From: Promethearchaeota archaeon
GTDB lineage: Archaea; Asgardarchaeota; Lokiarchaeia; Sigyniarchaeales; SOKP01
Assembly (NCBI GenBank): GCA_030610785.1
Contig: JAUWRB010000001.1
Location: 1-40,694, forward strand
Direction: 5' to 3'
Length of the DNA stretch: 40,694 nt
Shown: piece after piece, positions 9,475 to 17,797 of the stretch
Position numbering within the stretch: the stretch's first letter is position 1
Layout: each line of letters begins with the position of its first letter
The notes under the pieces: generated by a model
Told to the model about the DNA's origin: nothing
Database searches by the model: none
What the model saw: only the letters and a program-made list of their open reading frames with translations
Made by a program: the position numbers and the translations under genes

Positions 9475-11826
9475 ATGTCTTTTACATCTCTATCGGAACT
9501 ATTAATAAAAATATTTGGAGAAAAATTATATAAACAATCAGTTAAATTTCCAAATAATAAAATAAACATTATTTCAATAAAAGTAGAGCCTATAAAAATC
9601 AGAACTATAATTCTCGATAACGATCGAGAGTATCACCTCATAATTAATCAAAAGAAAGCAGAAATATTCCACGATTGCCCTAATTTTTTAATTCATTCTT
9701 CAAGGGAAGATAAAATTTGCATTCATTTCTTAAAATTATTAATATTAATTAAAAAAGAACTTGCTATTAAAATTATAGAAGAATTTGAGAAATACTCACT
9801 TACTTCAGAGGATTTTGGCTCAAAAAAGAAAAGCAAAAATTATTTATTATTAGCTAATGCTTGTTTTGAGACAAATAATTATGTTGAAGGTTTAAGTTAT
9901 TTAAGTAAGGCAATAATTAACCAAAGCGAATGTAAAGTAATTGTTGAAAAATTTTTAAGAGTAGCAATAGATAGAAATTTATTCATAGAATTTTTCGAGT
10001 TTTTAAAATCATGCCATGAAAACGAGTTAGACCAATATATAATTGAATTTAACGATGATATAGAAAAAGGGTTTAAAAAATTTCTAAATACGGTCTCTGA
10101 TTACTCATTTTTTAGTATACTTAGAATTAATAAATCACTAAATAAGATTTTCAAATTTAAAGATATTTCGTTTATTGTATCTTTAATTGACAAATTTAAT
10201 AAAATGGTAAATAGTTCCAATTTTAATGAAAGATATTTTTCTATTTATTTTATTAAAACCAATATAGAACTGTCTAAAGAATTAAATCGAGCATTTTGCG
10301 ATATAATTTCTGGAAATCAATTAGATAAATTAAAAGAGGAATTATTAATTTATTTTTTTACTGAAATCGATAATTTTTGCTTGATTGACAAATTAAAGTT
10401 ATTGAAAAAGCAATTTGACGTATTAGATATTCCTAAAGATAAATATCATGATATATATAAGAAATATAAAAATGAAATAAAAGAATTAGAAAAAAAAGTT
10501 TATCTTAAGAAATTTTCTTTTTTAAATTTATTAATGGAGAAATATAACATAAAAAGAACTAAAGGTGATTTTAGAAAAAAAAGAAACACATATTTTATAA
10601 ATCATGACCAAGAAAATTTAGAAAATCCCGTTTATAATTATATTTTATCTCGTATTGGTTTTTTTGGAATAAATGAAACAACAATTAAATCATCCGAAAT
10701 TGGAATTAATTATCTTATTATAAAAGAATTATTTTTAGATGATTTAAGCACACTACCTGATGTTTTTTACTACAAAAAACAATTTTGGGGAGAAACATGC
10801 GATTTTAAAATCAATCCTCTTAATGGTTTTTCTTTAATGAGCGAAAATATGCGTTATAATTACGAGATAGACCAAAAATATTCAAACATAAATGATTTAA
10901 TGATTATAGAATGGGATTTAGCAAATAAACCAATTCAAGGATGCCTCGTTAATGCATATGGTTCTCAAATAATCATACCTGATCCAAATAACCCTCTTTT
11001 TGACGATTTAAAACCATTTGATACATGTTATTGTATTAGAACTCCTGTAAAAATCGAAGGAAATAACGTGAAAACAATTAATGTTTTAACCAAATGTTCT
11101 TTTAAAGATGTGATTAAAAGTATTTCTAAAGGAATGACCTTCATAGAAGGCTTTTATCCTTTTTCTCTGATAAGAGCCGTATTAGATAAAGAAATAAGTC
11201 CATTTGAAGCCAATGAAATTGTTGTAAATAATCCAAATAAAATATTTATTCCTAATTATAACAAGTTTGTTGAAACTTTCAGAAATTTTCTATTTAAATT
11301 CATTCATAAAGAAAAGGATTATATTTTCGAAGAAATGAAGAATAATCCCGGGAAAAAAATTAATCAAATTTTAATTTTAATGAATTTGTTGAACGAATTA
11401 TCTGGATTGAATTTACCATTTTTAGAAATAACTGAAAAATTATTTAATCAAAATATTAATCTGAATGAATTCAAATTAAAATTTCTAAGCGAAATACATT
11501 CATGCATAAAAAAAATACTTAATAAACGAGAAATGGGCAGTACTATTATTTTTAACTTAAAAAAGCTTCGTAACACGCCTTTTTTTAAATACTCTAATCA
11601 AATTCTTGAAATTAGAAAATCAGAGTTTGAATCTATAAAGGTTTATAAATTTAAAGATATACATAATGTTTCAGAACTTCAAAAAACTTATTATGGCAAG
11701 CAATTTTTAAAAATTCTAAATGTAGGTTTAAACCCAACTGTTAAACCTGATGTTTTTAAAAAAATTTCTGATTTTGCCACTAAATTAAAACTTAATTTGA
11801 ATGTCATAAAATCTGAATTTACTTGA
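9475..11826 (+). CDS. Large uncharacterised protein with an N-terminal SWIM-like zinc-finger motif
   Basis: The segment EYHLIINQKKAEIFHDCPNFLIHSSREDKICIHFLKLL (H66..H84, nt 9670-9726) matches the SWIM pattern CxCPxF...x(n)...CxH, with the first Cys replaced by His. The rest (~690 aa) is K/N/I-rich with no motif I recognise. It lies 26 nt downstream of the vWA gene. Confidence 0.45.
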   Translation: MSFTSLSELLIKIFGEKLYKQSVKFPNNKINIISIKVEPIKIRTIILDNDREYHLIINQKKAEIFHDCPNFLIHSSREDKICIHFLKLLILIKKELAIKIIEEFEKYSLTSEDFGSKKKSKNYLLLANACFETNNYVEGLSYLSKAIINQSECKVIVEKFLRVAIDRNLFIEFFEFLKSCHENELDQYIIEFNDDIEKGFKKFLNTVSDYSFFSILRINKSLNKIFKFKDISFIVSLIDKFNKMVNSSNFNERYFSIYFIKTNIELSKELNRAFCDIISGNQLDKLKEELLIYFFTEIDNFCLIDKLKLLKKQFDVLDIPKDKYHDIYKKYKNEIKELEKKVYLKKFSFLNLLMEKYNIKRTKGDFRKKRNTYFINHDQENLENPVYNYILSRIGFFGINETTIKSSEIGINYLIIKELFLDDLSTLPDVFYYKKQFWGETCDFKINPLNGFSLMSENMRYNYEIDQKYSNINDLMIIEWDLANKPIQGCLVNAYGSQIIIPDPNNPLFDDLKPFDTCYCIRTPVKIEGNNVKTINVLTKCSFKDVIKSISKGMTFIEGFYPFSLIRAVLDKEISPFEANEIVVNNPNKIFIPNYNKFVETFRNFLFKFIHKEKDYIFEEMKNNPGKKINQILILMNLLNELSGLNLPFLEITEKLFNQNINLNEFKLKFLSEIHSCIKKILNKREMGSTIIFNLKKLRNTPFFKYSNQILEIRKSEFESIKVYKFKDIHNVSELQKTYYGKQFLKILNVGLNPTVKPDVFKKISDFATKLKLNLNVIKSEFT

Positions 11827-11829
11827 TTT

Positions 11830-13017
11830 TTATGCTTCAAATTGCAATTGGCCATAAACGCCATCATAACCGGGGAGAAACCAATATTTTCCTGATCTTA
11901 TTTTTTCAATCGCATTAATTAGTTCATTAGGAATTCCATTATAGTTACTATTTCCGTTCCAAATATTATATTCCCCTTTATTATCTCGAATTAACTTCTG
12001 ATAAATTAATAAATTTTTTTTTGTATATTCCGTTCCACCAAGAGTAATTGAAATTAAATAGAGAAGAGGAACGATATATTGAAAGTTATGATGATTAGGA
12101 GGTTCTTGATCTCTTAATTCATAAACCCGTGATAAGACCCCTCTTGTTAATTCCTTTCCACAATTTGGACATTTATTTATATTGCGTTTCGGGCTACAAT
12201 AATACTCTATTCCATTAAAATGGCGCTCTGCTCTATGACCATTGTAAAAATACCTTCCCTCTGAAGGCTTAAACTCGTAAGTCTTAACGATTTTGTTTCT
12301 TCTGATAGAGTCAATTAAATTTGGGTAATTTAGTTTATTAAAATTAATCGCTGTACCTTCTCTACCTAATCTATGAAAATTAATGGAATGACAATCAGAA
12401 TTAGAAATAATAGAAAATCTATTTAATTCCGATATCATTCTAACCATTTGTGGATCAGCACTTAATCCTGTTTCTACAGAATAAACATGTTCTACGCCTT
12501 GTCCTAAAGCTTCGTATATTGAATTAAAGTGAAGTTTAGAGCCTAATATGCCAAAATATGGCGTAAAGATATGTGCAGGGATTATTTCTATTAAATTTTC
12601 AATTGATTTCAAGTTTAAGATAAGTTTCTCAGGGGATATAAAAACCTTTGGCCTTCCATTAGAGAGATTGCTTAATTTAGATAAAAAACCAATTACTTCA
12701 TCTAATTTTTCAAAATTTGGAATTAAAATGAGGAAATGTGCATTTTTGACTTGAGAATTGTATTTCCAAATAACTTCTACCTCTGTTTGTAAAATAAAAC
12801 TTACTTCTGGTACTTGTTCAACACGAAAAAAACCACTTGAATATTCAACTAAATTATCTTTAAGTTCTTTCAACCAAAAAGGATGAAAACAATCCCCCGT
12901 TCCTACGATATCTATACCTTTTATTTTACAATTAGAAGCAATATTAAATATATCTATTCTATTGCTTGTACCTCCCGAATATTTACTATGAATATGAAGA
13001 TCACATATTCTTTCCAT
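11830..13017 (-). CDS. PHP-domain protein, endonuclease Q (EndoQ)/TIGR00375-like
   Basis: N-terminal PHP motif CDLHIHSKYSGG, followed by GIDIVGTGDCFHPFW. Internal Cys cluster CSPKRNINKCPNCGKEL. C-terminal GYDGVYGQ. This matches my recollection of the archaeal EndoQ family layout (PHP domain, Zn-binding insert, C-terminal helical domain). Confidence 0.6.
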   Translation of the reverse strand: MERICDLHIHSKYSGGTSNRIDIFNIASNCKIKGIDIVGTGDCFHPFWLKELKDNLVEYSSGFFRVEQVPEVSFILQTEVEVIWKYNSQVKNAHFLILIPNFEKLDEVIGFLSKLSNLSNGRPKVFISPEKLILNLKSIENLIEIIPAHIFTPYFGILGSKLHFNSIYEALGQGVEHVYSVETGLSADPQMVRMISELNRFSIISNSDCHSINFHRLGREGTAINFNKLNYPNLIDSIRRNKIVKTYEFKPSEGRYFYNGHRAERHFNGIEYYCSPKRNINKCPNCGKELTRGVLSRVYELRDQEPPNHHNFQYIVPLLYLISITLGGTEYTKKNLLIYQKLIRDNKGEYNIWNGNSNYNGIPNELINAIEKIRSGKYWFLPGYDGVYGQLQFEA

Positions 13018-13178
13018 GATTTTTTAATCAAATGTGTTAAAATTTGCAAGTATTTAATAATTTAATAATAAAAACTCGTAATTTCACCCAGTCACATAAA
13101 ATGAGAAAAATCTACAATTTCAATGTATCCGAGAACCATGAAACTATTTTTGACCCAATTTGGAATCAAATCTGGCTT

Positions 13179-14324
13179 TTAATTTCTTTTTTTATATAAT
13201 TCTAAAAACTTTCTAAAAAACTTTTTGTAAACTTCTATTGTTTTTAAATATTCATCAATTTCTATAAATTCGTTATTGGTATGCTCTAACTTAGGGTCTC
13301 CAGGACCATAAGTGATAGAAGGGATTCCATGCGATAGTCCTATATGATTAATAAATGTTGTACCCGTTTTTTTTATTATTTTTGGCTTATCTTTTATTGT
13401 ATTAAAAATGGCCCACCTCAATGCTCCAATCAAGAGATTATTGCCCGTCATTTCATATCCTTCTATTAAACTTGAAATATTTTCTTGAATTTGAAAATTT
13501 ATTTTTACTTGATTTTCATACATGTGCTTAAAGTTTAAAATGCTTTTTCTTATTTCGCTTAATATTTTTTCCGAATTAATAGAAGGGGGAAATCGAATAT
13601 CCACTTGTATCACGCTTTCCGAGGGAATACAATTTGTTAAATGACCGCCAGATATTACGGTTAAGTTTGGTATTATTTGATTATAATATTTAGTTTTTAC
13701 GCTTTTTTTACAATAATTTTCAGTTAAATGCCAACAAGCTCCTTTTACCATCTTCCAAATCTCTAAACATACTTCAATGGCATTTACATGTAGCCAAGAG
13801 CTAGCGACATGGCCTGATTCAGATAACACTCTAAACCCCAAGCATATTCGACCTTTATAACCGATACAAATTTGATTAATATTAGTAGGTTCTCCAAAGA
13901 TAGCATAATCAGGTTGAATATTTGAATTCATGAACTCTTCAATTCCAATTAGACTGTCTTCTTCTCTTATAATACCAGAAAATATTATTTTTCCCGCATT
14001 TTCTTGTTTAAAATTATATTGAGAAATGGAATATACCATTGCTGCTAATGATGATTTACAATCGACAGCTCCTCGTCCATATATTTTTCCGTCTTTTTCT
14101 ATAACAGGTAATTCACCTGGAATGGTATCCATATGAGAAACTAATAATAATTTCGGTTTTCCTGAACCTTTTTCGGCAATTAAATTCCCTACTTTATCAA
14201 AGCGAACTATAAAGTCGTGTTTTTTTAAAAAATCTGCTAAAAATTCCGAATACTCTTTTTCTTCCCCTGAAGGACTATAAATCTCTATACATTTCTTCAA
14301 GAATTCTTTTGCCTTTTCATCCAT
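13179..14324 (-). CDS. lysK: M20-family deacylase, [LysW]-lysine/ornithine hydrolase (LysK/ArgE-like)
   Basis: M20 peptidase motifs (LLLVSHMDTIPG, GRGAVDCK, EEDS). Its start overlaps the stop of the upstream kinase gene (TAATG at 14322-14326). Cluster context with lysX and lysZ. Confidence 0.7.
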   Translation of the reverse strand: MDEKAKEFLKKCIEIYSPSGEEKEYSEFLADFLKKHDFIVRFDKVGNLIAEKGSGKPKLLLVSHMDTIPGELPVIEKDGKIYGRGAVDCKSSLAAMVYSISQYNFKQENAGKIIFSGIIREEDSLIGIEEFMNSNIQPDYAIFGEPTNINQICIGYKGRICLGFRVLSESGHVASSWLHVNAIEVCLEIWKMVKGACWHLTENYCKKSVKTKYYNQIIPNLTVISGGHLTNCIPSESVIQVDIRFPPSINSEKILSEIRKSILNFKHMYENQVKINFQIQENISSLIEGYEMTGNNLLIGALRWAIFNTIKDKPKIIKKTGTTFINHIGLSHGIPSITYGPGDPKLEHTNNEFIEIDEYLKTIEVYKKFFRKFLELYKKRN

Positions 14325-15145
14325 TAATGTATCACTGTTCCTCTATTATTTTTTAAAGCATCTAATATAGGTGTCTCGGTTAAACCGGAACAAATTACCA
14401 CTTTTTGCACTCCAATTTTTAAGGCTTCTAAAGCTGCGTGTGCTTTCTTTTTCATGCCTCCTTCCAATTCATCTAAAAACTCCTCTAACTCATGTGAATT
14501 TATTGATTTAATAATTGAACTCTTATCGTTAAAATCTTTATAAATTCCCTCTACATCAGTTAAACTAATTAAAATGTCTGCATTTAAAGCTGCAGCAATA
14601 TTACTAGCCGCTCTATCACCGTCAATGTTAACAATATCTCCATCTTTACTCTTTGCAAGAGATCCAATAACTGGTAAATAATTATTCTGTAATAAAAACT
14701 CAATAATAGGAGTATTTACTTTATCAATTTTTCCGGAAAATTCCCCTCTTTTCATTATCTTTTTACCATTAATCATGACTAAAATTTTTTCTTTCCTTAT
14801 CGCTTCTAATATAGATCCATCAATTCCAGTAAATCCAAAAGCATTTACACTTAATTTCTGTAATGCTTCGACTAATCGCTTATTATTTTTTCCACCTAAA
14901 ACCATAATTGCCGCTTCTATTGCTTCTTGATCTGTATATCTTGTTGTAAAACCTGAAGGTGTTGTAAAATATTTTGGTTCTTTGTTCATTTCTTTTAATG
15001 TTTCATTTATTTGCGGGCCTCCTCCATGAACAATTACTAATGTATATTTATCACGATAGTTAGAAACTATATTTGCAACATCTTTAATTACATTATTAAA
15101 GTTTTTTGCAATTAATGCCCCGCCTATCTTTATTACAACAATCAT
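14324..15145 (-). CDS. lysZ: Amino-acid kinase family, [LysW]-aminoadipate/glutamate kinase (LysZ/ArgB-like)
   Basis: VIKIGGA...VIVHGGGPQIN...TRYTD pattern typical of acetylglutamate-kinase-like enzymes. 273 aa. Flanked by lysX and lysK homologs. Confidence 0.75.
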   Translation of the reverse strand: MIVVIKIGGALIAKNFNNVIKDVANIVSNYRDKYTLVIVHGGGPQINETLKEMNKEPKYFTTPSGFTTRYTDQEAIEAAIMVLGGKNNKRLVEALQKLSVNAFGFTGIDGSILEAIRKEKILVMINGKKIMKRGEFSGKIDKVNTPIIEFLLQNNYLPVIGSLAKSKDGDIVNIDGDRAASNIAAALNADILISLTDVEGIYKDFNDKSSIIKSINSHELEEFLDELEGGMKKKAHAALEALKIGVQKVVICSGLTETPILDALKNNRGTVIH

Positions 15146-15173
15146 TTTAAATTTATATGCTCTCTCTTTATAA

Positions 15174-16043
15174 TTAATATTTATTTTTAATATAATCGAC
15201 TATTTCTCCAGCAATATTAATTTTTGTAGCAGTTGCTACACCTTTAAACTGAGGCGTTCCATTTATTTCTATTACAGTTAGCTTTCCTTTATCATTCATT
15301 AAATCTACACCAACTATTTCACCATTTACGGCTTTAGACGCCTTAAGACTTAATTGTTCTAATTCTGGAGTTATTTCAATTGGTTTAGCACTTCCCCCAA
15401 TAGCAATATTACTTCGAAAATCCTTTTCTGGATGATATCTACCCATTGCTGCTACACATTTATTTTCTATTACAAACACTCTTATATCTGTAGGTGTTTC
15501 ATGACTGGATTTTACAATTGGTATATATTTTTGAAGGTAATATATCTTTTGTAAAACATTTCCCATTGTCTCTCGACATTCTAAATTAGCAATTGCGCTA
15601 TTATAATCGTCTAATCTTGCGATTAAGCGTCCCCATGAACCAATAATGGGTTTTAATATTGCAGGATATTTTATATCCTCTTTAATGGCTTCTATAGCTG
15701 ATTTATCCTTAAATGCTATACAAGTTTTTGGTGTAGGAATATTATTTTCAATTAATTTTATACTTGTCAGTAATTTATTTCCTGTTAAATTCAAACACTC
15801 AAAATTATTTATTACTTTATAACCTTTCGACTCTAAGATTGCACAAGAATAAAAACCTCGCCAATAACTTAACGACCTTTCTAAAAAAATATCAAAATTA
15901 TCTTCTAAATCCTTATCCTTAGATAAAGTATAATAGATCTTTTGATTATTCACTAATTTATAATTTATCTGCCTTTTTTCAAACTCGTTTATAATTTGTT
16001 TTATTTCCCAAGTAACTCTATTCATTACAATTCCAATTAACAT
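15174..16043 (-). CDS. lysX: ATP-grasp RimK/LysX family ligase (alpha-aminoadipate/glutamate--LysW ligase)
   Basis: 289 aa with ATP-grasp layout (PAILKPIIGSWGR, RVFVIENK, GVDLMNDKGKLTVIEINGTPQF). It is the first gene of the lysX-lysZ-lysK run. Confidence 0.75.
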   Translation of the reverse strand: MLIGIVMNRVTWEIKQIINEFEKRQINYKLVNNQKIYYTLSKDKDLEDNFDIFLERSLSYWRGFYSCAILESKGYKVINNFECLNLTGNKLLTSIKLIENNIPTPKTCIAFKDKSAIEAIKEDIKYPAILKPIIGSWGRLIARLDDYNSAIANLECRETMGNVLQKIYYLQKYIPIVKSSHETPTDIRVFVIENKCVAAMGRYHPEKDFRSNIAIGGSAKPIEITPELEQLSLKASKAVNGEIVGVDLMNDKGKLTVIEINGTPQFKGVATATKINIAGEIVDYIKNKY

Positions 16044-16237
16044 ATTAAACGACCTCTCGTTATAAAGATAATAAATTTAAGAATTTTAAATTATTAAAAG
16101 TTTTTATGAATGATCTAACAATTAAAATGTTTTAAAATTACAGATCTTTTTATATCATTATTTTTATATTTGAATGTATTTTTATAACATATTATTTGAA
16201 AGTTTTAATGATAAATAGTTACAATAATAATTAAAAT

Positions 16238-17518
16238 ATGGCAAAAAACAATTTTCAGCATCCTTCAAAAGATATTATTGAAAGTAAAGGAACAATTTTA
16301 AGAGGTAAAACTATTGCATTATGCTTGACTGGCTCTGTTGCGGTCATTTCTGCGCCTATTATTGCAAGAGAGCTGATGCGATCAGGTGCTGAAGTAATTG
16401 CAGTAATGACTAAAGCAGCTACGGAATTAATTAACCCTGCTCTAATGCAATGGGCAACAGGAAATCCTGTTATCACCAAATTAACTGGTGCCGTGGAACA
16501 CGTCTATTTAGCAGGAGAAAGACCAAAGACGGTTGGAAAAGCCGATTTAATCTTGGTTTGTCCGGCCACTGCTAATACTATTTCTAAAATAGCACACGGG
16601 ATTGATGACACGCCGGTTACAACAATCGTTTCTACAGCTTTCGGCTCGTCCATACCAATTGTAATAGTGCCCGCCATGCATGAAAGCATGTATAGACACC
16701 CAATTTTAGAAGAGAATGAAAAAAAATTAAAGAAATACGGAGTAGACATATTAGGGCCAAGAATCTCAGAAGGTAAAGCAAAAATCGCTAAAATTAACGA
16801 CATAATTGATCGAGTAATTGATTTATTAATTGCCAAGAAAGATTTGGAAGGAAAAAAAATTCTAATTACCGCTGGTCCCAGTCGTGAGTATATCGACAAA
16901 ATTCGCTTCGTTAGTAATAATTCTAGTGGAAGAATGGGTATAGAAATTGCAAAGGAAGCGGCAGCAAGAGGGGGAGATGTAATATTAATAGCCGGAAAAT
17001 GTATGGTTAAAATTCCAGATTATATTAATACAATTAATGTATCATGTACAGACGATTTTGTAAGAGCTGTAAAGGACGAGTTATCGTATAAAGATTATGA
17101 TTTTTATATTTCCGCTGCAGCGATAAGCGATTATAAACCAATAGAATGTATTGAGGGTAAAATCTCATCCGATAATGTTAAAGAATTACAAATAAACATG
17201 CGATTGACACCAAAAATAATTAATGTAGCCAGGAAAAAAAATTATAAAGTCTTTATAATTGCGTTTAAAGCCGAAACAAATGTTTCAAGAACAGAATTAA
17301 TTGATCGTGCGCATGACCGCCTTTTAAAATCTGAAGCAGATCTAATCGTAGCTAATGATGTAGGTAGAGATGATATAGGATTTGGGAGCAAATACAATGA
17401 AGTTTATATTATTGATAAAGAAAAGCGAATAACGCACGTTAAGAAGCGGACAAAACGATATGTGGCAAGCAGGATAATAGACATTGCTTTAGAAAGTTAC
17501 CGAATAAGAGATCTTTAA
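16238..17518 (+). CDS. coaBC: Bifunctional phosphopantothenoylcysteine decarboxylase / phosphopantothenate-cysteine ligase
   Basis: N-terminal flavoprotein domain (GKTIALCLTGSVAVISAP, VCPATANTISKIAHGIDD, PAMH). C-terminal DFP/CoaB domain (ITAGPSREYIDKIRFVSNNSSGRMG, AAAISDY). 426 aa. Confidence 0.85.
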   Translation: MAKNNFQHPSKDIIESKGTILRGKTIALCLTGSVAVISAPIIARELMRSGAEVIAVMTKAATELINPALMQWATGNPVITKLTGAVEHVYLAGERPKTVGKADLILVCPATANTISKIAHGIDDTPVTTIVSTAFGSSIPIVIVPAMHESMYRHPILEENEKKLKKYGVDILGPRISEGKAKIAKINDIIDRVIDLLIAKKDLEGKKILITAGPSREYIDKIRFVSNNSSGRMGIEIAKEAAARGGDVILIAGKCMVKIPDYINTINVSCTDDFVRAVKDELSYKDYDFYISAAAISDYKPIECIEGKISSDNVKELQINMRLTPKIINVARKKNYKVFIIAFKAETNVSRTELIDRAHDRLLKSEADLIVANDVGRDDIGFGSKYNEVYIIDKEKRITHVKKRTKRYVASRIIDIALESYRIRDL

Positions 17519-17682
17519 ATTAAATTAAGATAAATTTAATTCAAAAACTTTTAAATATCTTGTTGTTATATTTTTGTTATCTTTTTCTATAGTTTTTAAT
17601 ACAAAGTAAAAATTTAAATAAGAGTTCAATTTTTTTAAACAATGAAGGAACAAGTACATTTTGAAAAAATAATTTAACACGA

Positions 17683-17709
17683 TGATATTAGGGTAAATAT
17701 CTAATATCA
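17683..17709. repeat. 9-bp perfect inverted repeat (TGATATTAG N9 CTAATATCA) about 90 nt upstream of top6B
   Basis: Read directly: tgatattag (17683-17691) and ctaatatca (17701-17709) are reverse complements. In a very AT-rich spacer this could arise by chance. Confidence 0.3.
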
Positions 17710-17797
17710 AATAGTGTAACAAAAATCTTAAGGAGTAAATATATAGTATCTTTACAATTTGATTATAAAAAAAAAATGAATTAAAATTTTATCGAGC

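Noticed and set aside
16044-16237. Search for an unannotated small lysW gene upstream of lysX
   Set aside because: The minus-strand translation of this spacer is full of stop codons. No ~55-aa ORF with the CxxC...CxxC and acidic tail expected for LysW is present.
16255-16899. Two minus-strand ORFs (74 and 131 aa) inside coaBC
   Set aside because: They are antisense to a CDS with clear CoaBC motifs and have hydrophobic, low-information translations typical of shadow frames. The same reasoning applies to 4047-4241, 6230-6508, 12548-12754, 12883-13065, 20170-20727, 21743-22012, 21965-22162, 23250-23495, 23810-24013, 25113-25316, 25464-25664, 26319-26519, 26601-26807, 27417-27680, 28576-28830, 31335-31526, 34640-34837, 36097-36303, 36802-37328, 39012-39218 and 39940-40188.
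17525-17722. 65-aa minus-strand ORF in the coaBC/top6B spacer
   Set aside because: It lies in extremely AT-rich intergenic sequence. The translation is dominated by N/K/I/L/F/Y with no motif, as expected by chance in such DNA. 21085-21285 and 38667-38903 are similar: they overlap real gene ends and AT-rich spacers.
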